Shown here piece by piece: positions 1 to 7,822 of a stretch of 37,366 bases of DNA. Both the position numbers and the translations under genes were made by a program. Under the pieces are notes generated by a model. The model did not search any database. It worked only from the letters and a program-made list of their open reading frames with translations, and had not been told where the DNA came from. The stretch spans positions 1 through 37,366 of the forward strand of contig CAZKHP010000002.1 in NCBI GenBank assembly GCA_964552695.1, in the 5' to 3' direction. Within the stretch, counting starts at the first letter, position 1. Each line of letters starts with the position of its first letter. Source of the stretch: an uncultured Staphylococcaceae bacterium (GTDB lineage Bacteria > Bacillota_I > Bacilli_A > RFN20 > CAG-826).

Positions 1-143
1 CTGGCGACGCCGACGGTATTGTCCAAAAGATTCATTTCTTCAAGGACTTCGGCGACGATTTTGTGGATGATGCCGTGGGTACAACCCGGGCAATAGTGGG
101 TCTTTTTATCGGATAAACCTTTGGTTTTTTGATATTTGATCAT
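1..143 (-). CDS. 2-oxoacid:ferredoxin oxidoreductase, beta (TPP-binding) subunit; N-terminal fragment, gene runs off the window
   Basis: Not in the ORF track because there is no stop in the window. Reverse translation from ATG 143..141 gives MIKYQKTKGLSDKKTHYCPGCTHGIIHKIVAEVLEEMNLLDNTVGVA. The CPGC-THG N-terminus is typical of KorB/PorB/VorA-type beta subunits. The start overlaps the alpha-subunit stop in an ATGA (140-143). Confidence 0.75.
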   Translation of the reverse strand, partial: MIKYQKTKGLSDKKTHYCPGCTHGIIHKIVAEVLEEMNLLDNTVGVA

Positions 144-1207
144 AACCGCACCAACTTTCCGAAGTTCAAAATCGCTTGTTCGACTTCTGTGGGGTCGGGG
201 ACGTTACCGCCCGCACGGCCATAGAAAGCGACCGGGAATTTTCCGCGATTGGCAATCTCGACATCGTCGACCATTTGGCCAAGGCTCATTTCGACGACCA
301 AAATACCTTTGCAGGTCGCAGGAATCTTGGCAAAAGCTTCTTTCGGGAAGGGCCAGACCGTTATCGGACGGATCATACCGACACGAATGCCTTTTTCGCC
401 AAGGGTTTCGATGGCGCTACGGGCAATACGGGCCATGGATCCGTAAGCAACGATGACATAGTCCGGGTTTTCCATGTTGATCAGTTCGTAGCGAACTTCG
501 TTTTTACGCACCAAATTATATTTGGCTTGTAAATCCAGATTGTGTTTTTCGAGATGATCGGGGTTGAGTGAAAGGCTGTTGATGACGTTTTGGCCGGTAT
601 GGTATTTTTTGCCCATGGCGGCCCAGGTTTTCGCAGGGATTTCTCTTTTCTTATAAGGAACATCCATATCCACCGATTCCATCATTTGACCGATGAGACC
701 ATCGATTAATATCATAACTGGATTCCGATAGATATCGGCGACGTCAAAGCCTTCTTTGATGTAGTGAATGGTTTCTTGAATCGACTCGGGAGCATAGACG
801 ATGAGGTGATAGTCGCCATTCCCGCCGCCGCGCGTGGCTTGATAATAGTCCGCTTGCGAAGGTTGAATGCCGCCTAAACCGGGTCCGCTTCGCATGACTG
901 AAACAATCAAGCATGGAAGTTCGGAACCGCAGATATAACTTAGACCTTCTTGTTTGAGAGCAATACCCACGCTGGAAGAGGAAGTCATCGCCCGTTTTCC
1001 TGCACCGGCAGCGCCGTACACCATGTTGATGGCGGCGACTTCCGATTCGGCTTGGACGAAAACCTTTCCGGCTTCGGGAAGGTATTTGCTTAAATACTCA
1101 GGAACCTCGTTTTGAGGCGTGATAGGATAACCGAAATACGCATCGACCCCGGCTTGAACCGCGGCCAACGCAATGGCTTGGTTGCCTTTTAAAAGTTGTT
1201 TACTCAT
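140..1207 (-). CDS. 2-oxoacid (2-oxoisovalerate/2-oxoglutarate-type):ferredoxin oxidoreductase, alpha subunit
   Basis: 355-aa ORF. The N-terminus MSKQLLKGNQAIALAAVQAGVDAYFGYPITPQNE and the segment AESEVAAINMVYGAAGAGKRAMTSSSSVG are characteristic of the POR/KOR/VOR alpha family. It is translationally coupled to the delta and beta subunit genes. Confidence 0.9.
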   Translation of the reverse strand: MSKQLLKGNQAIALAAVQAGVDAYFGYPITPQNEVPEYLSKYLPEAGKVFVQAESEVAAINMVYGAAGAGKRAMTSSSSVGIALKQEGLSYICGSELPCLIVSVMRSGPGLGGIQPSQADYYQATRGGGNGDYHLIVYAPESIQETIHYIKEGFDVADIYRNPVMILIDGLIGQMMESVDMDVPYKKREIPAKTWAAMGKKYHTGQNVINSLSLNPDHLEKHNLDLQAKYNLVRKNEVRYELINMENPDYVIVAYGSMARIARSAIETLGEKGIRVGMIRPITVWPFPKEAFAKIPATCKGILVVEMSLGQMVDDVEIANRGKFPVAFYGRAGGNVPDPTEVEQAILNFGKLVRL

Positions 1208-1430
1208 CGATGGATTCCACCTTGATGACGGAGTCTGGGCACATCATCGCGCAGAAGGTGCACCCGATGCATTTTTTGATATCGGTGACGCTCACCAAAG
1301 GATACCCCGCCTGGTTCATCCTAGAGGCGTCGAGTTGCAAAATTTTGACCGGACAAAAATGAACGCAGAGCCCGCAACCTTTGCAAGCCTCGTTATTGAA
1401 AGTCAGTCGATGTTCTTTCATGGACATCAC
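1200..1430 (-). CDS. 2x[4Fe-4S] ferredoxin-type delta subunit of the 2-oxoacid:ferredoxin oxidoreductase
   Basis: 76-aa ORF with two Cys clusters (CKGCGLCVHFCP and CIGCTFCAMMCP). Candidate starts are GTG 1430, ATG 1427 and ATG 1421. An AGGTG Shine-Dalgarno in the end of the upstream gene favours 1421. It overlaps the alpha-subunit start by 8 nt. Confidence 0.85.
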   Translation of the reverse strand: MMSMKEHRLTFNNEACKGCGLCVHFCPVKILQLDASRMNQAGYPLVSVTDIKKCIGCTFCAMMCPDSVIKVESIDE

Positions 1431-2513
1431 CTACTTTTTAATATAATTGGAATGAATATTTTTGATTTGCTCAATGCGCTTTTTGGCAAATACTTTGGCG
1501 GCTTCTTGCGTAGAAATGTTTTCGGAATCGGCAATCTTGAAGATGTCTAACAGACGATCGTAAATCCGTTTGAGATCGACTTCGACATTTTCCTTTTTGT
1601 AACCGATCAGTTCGTTGTAAACGTTAATCAAACCACCGGCGTTGATGACGAAATCCGGAGCATAGAGAATGCCCTTTTCGCGAAGCATCGGTCCATGGAC
1701 TTCTTCGTCCAGTAACACGTTGTTGGCAATGCCGGCGACGATCGTGGCTTTCAGTTGCGGAATGGTTTGGCTGTTGAGAATGCCACCTAACGCACACGGG
1801 GCAAAGACGTCGACCGAGACACTATAGATTTCTTCAGGTTTCACGAAGATGACTTCAGGATGTTTTTTCTTCAATGCCGCGATGTGTTTTTCATTGATGT
1901 CGCAAGCATAGATTTTTTTAGCACCTTCCTCAAGCAAATAATCGATGAGGAACGTACCGGTCGCGCCAACGCCTTGAACGGCGTAGCTGTACTTACTGAT
2001 TTCGGAGTCGTTGAACTTGTATTTCAATGCGGCTTTAATGCCATAGAAAGCACCTTTGGCCGTAAACGGAGAGGGGTTCCCCGATTTGCCTTCAAGACCG
2101 ACGACATAATCCGTTTCCATATGCACAAAACTCATATCGGAAGTGGAGGTGTTGACGTCTTCGGCGGTGATGTAACGTCCGCCCATGCCTTGAATGTAAC
2201 GTCCCAAAGCTCTAAAGAAGGCTTCGGCTTGTGCAGGTTCCGGGTGGTTGCCGATGACGACGGTCTTGCCGCCACCAAGGTTCAATCCGGCCGCTGCGGC
2301 CTTGTAAGTCATCCCACGAGATAAACGCAGACAATCAATCAACGCTGCTTCTTCTGACTCATAATTCCATACACGCGTACCACCCAATGCCGGGCCTAAT
2401 GTCGTGTCATGGATCACCGTGATGCCGCGAAGTCCTGTCGCTTCATCATAAAAGTGCACGACCTGCTCATATTTGTGCTTGGCCATGTACTCGAAAACTT
2501 TGAAATCGCTCAT
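1431..2513 (-). CDS. Leucine dehydrogenase (Glu/Leu/Phe/Val dehydrogenase family)
   Basis: MSDFKVFEYMAKHKYEQVVHFYDEATGLRGITVIHDTTLGPALGGTRVW...KAAAAGLNLGGGKTVVIG is the classic Leu/Val dehydrogenase N-domain, followed by a GxGxxG Rossmann segment (VQGVGATG). I chose the start at M15 of the track ORF: AAAGGAGAAAATAATG gives a strong RBS, and a TGTATAAT -10 box lies inside the track's N-terminal extension. Confidence 0.9.
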   Translation of the reverse strand: MSDFKVFEYMAKHKYEQVVHFYDEATGLRGITVIHDTTLGPALGGTRVWNYESEEAALIDCLRLSRGMTYKAAAAGLNLGGGKTVVIGNHPEPAQAEAFFRALGRYIQGMGGRYITAEDVNTSTSDMSFVHMETDYVVGLEGKSGNPSPFTAKGAFYGIKAALKYKFNDSEISKYSYAVQGVGATGTFLIDYLLEEGAKKIYACDINEKHIAALKKKHPEVIFVKPEEIYSVSVDVFAPCALGGILNSQTIPQLKATIVAGIANNVLLDEEVHGPMLREKGILYAPDFVINAGGLINVYNELIGYKKENVEVDLKRIYDRLLDIFKIADSENISTQEAAKVFAKKRIEQIKNIHSNYIKK

Positions 2514-2546
2514 TATTTTCTCCTTTATTTTTTTAACGCCAAAACC

Positions 2547-2554
2547 ATTATACA
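2547..2554 (-). promoter_or_regulatory. Extended -10 promoter element (TGTATAAT) for the leucine dehydrogenase/oxidoreductase operon
   Basis: The minus strand reads TTTTTTATTGTATAATGG about 35 nt upstream of the ATG at 2513. No good -35 box is present, so it relies on the extended -10. Confidence 0.45.
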
Positions 2555-2585
2555 ATAAAAAAGCGCTTTCATCTATTTTTCTATG

Positions 2586-2614
2586 AAATAAATGAAAAGG
2601 CTCTTTAGAGCCTT
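2586..2614 (-). terminator. Intrinsic terminator after the GGDEF/HD-GYP gene
   Basis: Minus strand: AAGGCUC-UAAA-GAGCCUU followed by UUCAUUUAUUU. It begins 10 nt after the stop at 2624. Confidence 0.6.
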
Positions 2615-2623
2615 GGAAGAATG

Positions 2624-4639
2624 TTAGGAGAGCTTGTTTTCATTTAAAGCGCGAATGAATGAAGACACAATATTTGGGTCAAGAAGCGACCCTGCGCACT
2701 TATTCATTTGTTGGATGGCTTCGTCTTGACTGCAGGGGACCGTTTTATCGATAGGATTCACGCATTTATCATAGAAATTTAAGACCGCGAGAACGCGTGC
2801 ACGGAAGGGGATGCGGTCGCCCGAAAGGCCGCACGGATATCCTGTTCCGTCATAGCGTTCATGGTGGGACAAAACATCGAGAGCAACATCGGAATACACA
2901 CCTGAGGCAGACAAAATTTGATAACCGATTTCGACGTGTTTCATGGAGACGTCATGCCCATTCACGGCTTCAATCCAGGACGGCTTCTCATCCATCGCCG
3001 CGATGCCGATTTTTCCGATTTCGGAAAGGCGCGCCAGTGTTTTCAAAGGCTTGATTTCAAGGTCGTTTAAACCTAGGTAGCGGGCAAACATGACCGCGAG
3101 TTCCGAAATCCGTTGAGCATGCTGTTCCTCTAAAGGATAAGAGGCAAAAAACCTCTTCTCAATCGTTAGAACTAAATAATTTTGACGTTTATGCAAGAAA
3201 ACAAACTTGTCTTCATACATTTTCTTTTCGGCTTCAGCGATAATTTCTTGAATGTTTCCATCTTTGTTTTTGACTGCACAACCAAAGGCTACGGAAACGG
3301 CAAATTCACCCAACTTAAAGCAGCTGATATCAGCCTTGAAGTCATTTATCATTTTTTGAACGGATTCAATATTGGAATTGGCGATAAAAAAGAGAAACTC
3401 GTCGCCGCCGGTTCGGAAGAAAGCAAGTGAATCCTTGAAGATTCTATAAATTTTCTGGGTCACTTCGACGATGACGCGGTCACCGGTTTCATGGCCAAAA
3501 CCATCGTTGATCAATTTTAAGTCGTTGATGTCGGCCATAACGACCACCAAAGGCCAATGAGAGGATGCATCGATTTCGGCAATTTTTTCGTTAAAGAAAC
3601 GGCGGTTCAAAAAGCCTGTTAAGCCATCCCGGTAACTTTTTTCAAGAATCAGTTTTTCGTATTGTTTTTGTTCTGAAATGTCTTGAAAGAAAACGGTAGC
3701 GCCTATGATTTCATTCCGTTTGTTTTTTAAGGGCATGACTTTGCAGTCGTAAGTCAGATTATCGGGCAGTTCTTGCTCAAAGTGAACGTTGTCGCCCTTA
3801 AAGACTTTCTCAAAGAGAACGCCGATATCGCGGTTCAATATTCTGGAAATAGCTTCGATTTGTAAGGGATCATTGATATGGATTTCTTTTCTTAATTCAT
3901 CTTTAATGGTTTGCGCGTGCGTGCTGTTAAAGGAAATATAACGTCCCTTGGTATCAATCGAGAAAATGTTGATGTTCGAGGCAACGTCGATACTGGCTTG
4001 GAGCATCAGTTCGGATTGCTCCAATTTTCGCAAGTTTTCGACTCTGTTTTTTTGGTACAAAAGCGGCAAACATGCAATTAATGAAAACAGAGGGAACAGG
4101 GCTAAAATCAAGGGGATGAGGAACCAAGCGTTTTGGAATAAATTCGGAGTGAAAAATGGGACAATATTAAAGAGTAGTATCACTGCATTGATAAGACCAA
4201 AAACATAAAATTCGAGCAAACGGTTTGGTTTGTTCTTTTTCCAAATAAAACGCCAAACCAATCCCAAGAGCGAGGAAGTTGCTATGCCAAGCGATCCGGG
4301 AACCATTCCGGAACCGCCCATAACGAAGATGCGGTACATAATTCCAATGACCGCGCTGATGGCAACGGAAATGGGGCTGAAGAAAAGACCGGCCGTGCTA
4401 AAAATGATGGAACGCGTATCCAAACGCAATTCGGTCACATCATCGAGGATGAACCCGTTAAACATAATGTAAACGGCAGCAGCCCCTAAAACGATTCCGG
4501 AAACAATGTCGAAAAGTTTTTTGTGAGATTTCAGTGTAATGTTTCCAGCGATATAAATGTAACAAATGGCAAAAAGAATGACGACGTTTTCAATGATTTT
4601 CAATAACAAGCCAGTCAACCATGGGACATTCGTCAACAT
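2624..4639 (-). CDS. Membrane sensor with 5TM (LytS-type) N-domain, PAS, GGDEF diguanylate cyclase domain and a C-terminal HD-GYP domain with a degenerate HD motif
   Basis: Multi-TM N-terminus and a PAS-like middle region. The GGDEF domain is LTGFLNRRFF...DINDLKLINDGFGHETGDRVI...FRTGGDEFLFF. The HD-GYP domain is HAQRISE...LSEIGKIGI...HHERYDGTGYPCGL, with SE in the position of the canonical HD in HDIGK. I chose the start at M13 (GAGAGGTAATTATG RBS), because the predicted promoter lies over the track's upstream ATG at 4675. Confidence 0.88.
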   Translation of the reverse strand: MLTNVPWLTGLLLKIIENVVILFAICYIYIAGNITLKSHKKLFDIVSGIVLGAAAVYIMFNGFILDDVTELRLDTRSIIFSTAGLFFSPISVAISAVIGIMYRIFVMGGSGMVPGSLGIATSSLLGLVWRFIWKKNKPNRLLEFYVFGLINAVILLFNIVPFFTPNLFQNAWFLIPLILALFPLFSLIACLPLLYQKNRVENLRKLEQSELMLQASIDVASNINIFSIDTKGRYISFNSTHAQTIKDELRKEIHINDPLQIEAISRILNRDIGVLFEKVFKGDNVHFEQELPDNLTYDCKVMPLKNKRNEIIGATVFFQDISEQKQYEKLILEKSYRDGLTGFLNRRFFNEKIAEIDASSHWPLVVVMADINDLKLINDGFGHETGDRVIVEVTQKIYRIFKDSLAFFRTGGDEFLFFIANSNIESVQKMINDFKADISCFKLGEFAVSVAFGCAVKNKDGNIQEIIAEAEKKMYEDKFVFLHKRQNYLVLTIEKRFFASYPLEEQHAQRISELAVMFARYLGLNDLEIKPLKTLARLSEIGKIGIAAMDEKPSWIEAVNGHDVSMKHVEIGYQILSASGVYSDVALDVLSHHERYDGTGYPCGLSGDRIPFRARVLAVLNFYDKCVNPIDKTVPCSQDEAIQQMNKCAGSLLDPNIVSSFIRALNENKLS

Positions 4640-4665
4640 AATTACCTCTCGCTGAATTCCCCATA

Positions 4666-4694
4666 ATTTTATCATGGAAAAAAAACATTTTCAA
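4666..4694 (-). promoter_or_regulatory. Sigma-A-type promoter of the GGDEF/HD-GYP gene
   Basis: Minus strand: TTGAAA - 17 nt - TAAAAT, with a TG at the extended -10 position (TGATAAAAT). The -35 box lies in the 3' arm of the preceding terminator. Confidence 0.55.
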
Positions 4695-4711
4695 AAATAC
4701 ATGAAAATGTT
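4678..4711 (-). terminator. Intrinsic terminator ending the long riboswitch-controlled operon
   Basis: Minus strand: AACAUUUUCA-(8-nt loop)-UGAAAAUGUU followed by a run of U. It starts 22 nt after the stop at 4733. Confidence 0.75.
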
Positions 4712-4732
4712 AGATAATAAGCGGCAAAAAAA

Positions 4733-5458
4733 TTAATCGTGTTCGGATAGTTCTTGGAAAAGTGTTGAAATGATATTGCCGATCAAGGGTTCGGTTTCAA
4801 GCCCTTTACGTATAAAGTTCAATAATTCATCTTTGTGACCAATGACATAGCTGATGGATTTTAAAGCAATCCAAGGGATATCAAAAGCACGGCAGGCAAG
4901 CGCCACTCCTCCAAGCTCGGTATCAAAGGCATCGATGCCGTCGACATAGGCATAGTGGTGATTAATCAAGCTTTCAGCTTTTACTCGGTCGGTATAAAAC
5001 TTGTTCGTCGACATGACGAATCCACGGGCCAAACTCTTATTGGTCATTTTTTTACCAATAGTTTCAATTTGCAAAAGATAATCATCTTCGGAAAGAAAGA
5101 ATTGCGGCATGGCGGCAATTTGACCGTATTTAATGCCATTTCCCCAGGGGGTAAAATCCACACCTCCCAAGTACACACGGTCGGCCATATAAAGATCGCC
5201 TTGTTTGAGGTTCTCATCAAAGGCGTGAAGCGAGCCCACATTTAAAACAAAATAGGGGTGATACTTATCGATGCAAAGACCGGTGATCATCGCAGCCAAA
5301 GAATTCGATAATCCAGTGGTCGATACAGCAACCTGTTTTCCCGAATACTTTCCTAAAAAAACCTCGGTTTTGCCAGCGATTTTTTCGACATAGGAAATAT
5401 CCATTTTGGTCCGGAAATAGAGAATATCATCATCTGTTGCGCCCAGAATCAGGATCAT
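4733..5458 (-). CDS. MTA/SAH-nucleosidase-like protein (PNP_UDP_1 fold), divergent active site
   Basis: 241-aa ORF. By eye it aligns with Pfs/MtnN: ILILGATDDD vs IGIIGAMEEE, FDTELGG vs VEMEATA, and WIALKSISYV vs FVVVRAISDV. The catalytic Asp of the ISD motif appears to be replaced by Tyr. Its start overlaps the EAL gene stop (TAATG). Confidence 0.6.
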   Translation of the reverse strand: MILILGATDDDILYFRTKMDISYVEKIAGKTEVFLGKYSGKQVAVSTTGLSNSLAAMITGLCIDKYHPYFVLNVGSLHAFDENLKQGDLYMADRVYLGGVDFTPWGNGIKYGQIAAMPQFFLSEDDYLLQIETIGKKMTNKSLARGFVMSTNKFYTDRVKAESLINHHYAYVDGIDAFDTELGGVALACRAFDIPWIALKSISYVIGHKDELLNFIRKGLETEPLIGNIISTLFQELSEHD

Positions 5459-7032
5459 TAAAAGGACTTCCTTTCGAATCGATTTTTCTTGATGAAAATT
5501 ACGTATTCATCGTTGGGTAGAGGCCTACTATAATAATAGCCTTGAATGGCATCACAAGCCAGTTGCTCTTTCAAGATCTGAACCTGCTTCTTGCTTTGAA
5601 TACCTTCGGCGACCGCTTTCATTTCCAAAGCATGGGCCAATTTGATGATGGCTTTAACGACCTCGCGGGCCTTGGCATCCACTTCGATATCATCCAAGAA
5701 AGATTTATCGATTTTGATGGAGTTGACCGGCATGCGTTTGAGTGAGCTCATCGAGGAATAACCGGTTCCAAAGTCATCAATCGCCACTTGAATATTAAGC
5801 CCTTGAATTTGTTTCAGAATGGATAAGATGAAAAGGTTATCTTTTGCGGTTGCCGATTCGGTAATTTCCATTTCCAAAAGGAGCGGGTTTACTTTGTATT
5901 TGTCCAATGTGGCTTTCATAAAGTCGATCAAGTCAGTTTTGAAGATGGATTTCCGGGAAAGGTTAACCGAAATCGGAAGCAAACGTTCGCCCTTAGCTTT
6001 CCAGTTGGCGATATCCTGACACGCCATCTCAAAAACGTAACGGTCGATGGCGATGATCAGCTCTGATTGCTCGGCAAATGGGATGAAAGCGGCGGGAGAA
6101 AGAATTCCTTTCTTCGGGTGGCGCCAACGGATCAATGCTTCGGCCGAGAAGAAACGGTCAAGATTTAAATCGTACTTAGGCTGGTAGAAAAGTTCAAATT
6201 CGTGGTTTTTCATACCTTGGACGATTTCTTCGTAAAGCGGAAGGTCGTTGGTCCCGGCATTTTCAAGGGTTTGTTTATCATAAACGATGATGCCGCCGTG
6301 TTCGTTAAAGTTTCCGTAATCGCACGCCATGAGCGAACGACGGAGCATCTCTTCGGGACTCGTGTTCGGTTCGGTATGGAAATAGACGCCATAGGCAAAA
6401 TCACGGCCGATTTGTAGACTATTTTTTTCCAAACACTTTTTAATGTCCTCTTTGATACGGTCCAAAATCGGGTTGATATCATCCTCGCGCGTATAGCGCA
6501 CATAGAGTAAGAAATTTTCGTTAAAATCGTACCCGTAGAAGGAGTCGGGGATCTCGGCTAAGTTTTCTTCGACCACACCGAAGACCAGGGCGGGTACTTC
6601 GGAACCCATTTTGTAGCCTAATTGACTGATGGCGTCCTTTTTAATTTTATAGATTGAAAAGCTAACAACCGCGCCATGATTAATATCAAAATCGCGGATA
6701 TTTGCAAGGTTTTCTAAAAACTGCGGTTCCGATTTTGCGTTTTTTAAGGTGGTGAATTTTTTCGGGTTAAAACGGACCGAGGTTGTCTTTTTGGCTCGTC
6801 CGATTTCGAGCGAAACCATGATGTAACTTGAAACCAGAAATAAACCTGTCAAAAGTGAAAAAACAAGTGCCCAAGAGGGACGGATGGCCCCATTAAAAAA
6901 GCCCACCAAGAAAAGCACGACATAACTGATCGTTAAGACACCCAAAAAGATCACAAACACGAGGTTGATTGTTTTGCGAAATTTGGGTTCTTCGAACAGC
7001 CTAGTCTTTTTTTGTTTGATCAAGGGGGGCAA
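5458..7032 (-). CDS. Membrane-anchored c-di-GMP phosphodiesterase (degenerate GGDEF-like region plus intact EAL domain)
   Basis: Two N-terminal TM helices. The EAL signature set is present: AEALIRWRHP, SVNLS, EMEITES, AIDDFGTGYSS, IKIDKSF, AEGIQ, QGYYYSRP. The track start is TTG 7032. A second TTG at 7023 has better spacing to AAAGAGG. Either start overlaps the end of the sipW-like gene. Confidence 0.88.
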   Translation of the reverse strand: MPPLIKQKKTRLFEEPKFRKTINLVFVIFLGVLTISYVVLFLVGFFNGAIRPSWALVFSLLTGLFLVSSYIMVSLEIGRAKKTTSVRFNPKKFTTLKNAKSEPQFLENLANIRDFDINHGAVVSFSIYKIKKDAISQLGYKMGSEVPALVFGVVEENLAEIPDSFYGYDFNENFLLYVRYTREDDINPILDRIKEDIKKCLEKNSLQIGRDFAYGVYFHTEPNTSPEEMLRRSLMACDYGNFNEHGGIIVYDKQTLENAGTNDLPLYEEIVQGMKNHEFELFYQPKYDLNLDRFFSAEALIRWRHPKKGILSPAAFIPFAEQSELIIAIDRYVFEMACQDIANWKAKGERLLPISVNLSRKSIFKTDLIDFMKATLDKYKVNPLLLEMEITESATAKDNLFILSILKQIQGLNIQVAIDDFGTGYSSMSSLKRMPVNSIKIDKSFLDDIEVDAKAREVVKAIIKLAHALEMKAVAEGIQSKKQVQILKEQLACDAIQGYYYSRPLPNDEYVIFIKKNRFERKSF

Positions 7033-7810
7033 CCTCTTTCTTGGCTTCTTCTTCCATTTCCTTGCGAATGCGTTCCTTTTCCATTTCTTTGATAATGGAA
7101 AGTTTCTCTTGTTCTTTTATTTTAACAAACTCTTCATCGGATAACTCTTCTTCTGATAAAACTTTTTGGGCCGTTTCATTTTCTTCTGGCCGCATCTTGG
7201 CCGCCTTGACGAAATCCACGATTGAACTGGCAAAAACTGCTCCTAAAGGAATCAACACCAAAAACAGGGTGGTAATCGGGCTAGAGAAGAACTTTGAGAA
7301 AGCTCCCAAAGCGGCGCTCGAAGAGATGACTTTTCCCATGACAAATTCTTCGGGAACAAGATCGGAGTTGGCAAGCGTGCAACCTTGCGTTGGGCAGGTT
7401 TGGGCGTTTAAATTGTCCCCCAAACATTTGAAGGTCAAGGTGCCATCGCCATCATCGATAATTTCAATAATACGGTGAGTGATGATCAAGGAATCGTTGG
7501 TCCGGAAAAAGGTAATAATGTCGCCGTCTTTCGCTTCTGGAGTCGTAGAAGCCACAAGGGTATGCACGTCGACTTTTTTGACGATGACACCATTGCCGAC
7601 CGGAAGTTCGGGCTCCATGGAATCGGTCAAAACGACAAAGGATTGATAACCTAAGAAGGAACTGACACCAAAATTGTTGCGGGCCGAAATGAATCCGGTA
7701 ACTTGGACCACCAGTAACAATCCGACAAATGTTCCCAGAACCCAAGTGAGGATTTTCCCGAACAATGACTTCTTGGTTTTTACTTCTTTTTTCTCAACCT
7801 TTGTTTCCAT
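7001..7810 (-). CDS. sipW: SipW-type (ER/archaeal-type, S26B) signal peptidase I with an extra C-terminal Lys/Glu-rich cytoplasmic tail
   Basis: N-terminal TM helix. Ser box VVLTDSMEPELPVG, His box IITHRIIEI, GDNLN box, and a second TM helix (ITTLFLVLIPLGAVFASSIV). These are followed by a ~60-aa tail EEELSDEEFVKIKEQEKLSIIKEMEKERIRKEMEEEAKKE. RBS GAAGGAACAAATCATG. Confidence 0.82.
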   Translation of the reverse strand: METKVEKKEVKTKKSLFGKILTWVLGTFVGLLLVVQVTGFISARNNFGVSSFLGYQSFVVLTDSMEPELPVGNGVIVKKVDVHTLVASTTPEAKDGDIITFFRTNDSLIITHRIIEIIDDGDGTLTFKCLGDNLNAQTCPTQGCTLANSDLVPEEFVMGKVISSSAALGAFSKFFSSPITTLFLVLIPLGAVFASSIVDFVKAAKMRPEENETAQKVLSEEELSDEEFVKIKEQEKLSIIKEMEKERIRKEMEEEAKKEVAPLDQTKKD

Positions 7811-7822
7811 GATTTGTTCCTT

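Noticed and set aside
136-663. Plus-strand ORFs (136-456, 176-532, 249-446) and a minus-strand ORF (481-663) within the oxidoreductase alpha-subunit gene.
   Set aside because: They overlap a confidently identified 355-aa gene and have Arg/Gly-rich or otherwise atypical composition, so they are shadow ORFs.
2514-2555. N-terminal extensions offered by the ORF track for several genes: 2514-2555, 4640-4675, 23579-23674 and 34496-34528.
   Set aside because: In each case an internal ATG has a much better RBS, and the extension overlaps a predicted promoter or lacks signal-peptide logic. For example, the lipoprotein signal MKNRNIALLAVLSFAIVGC starts at 34529.
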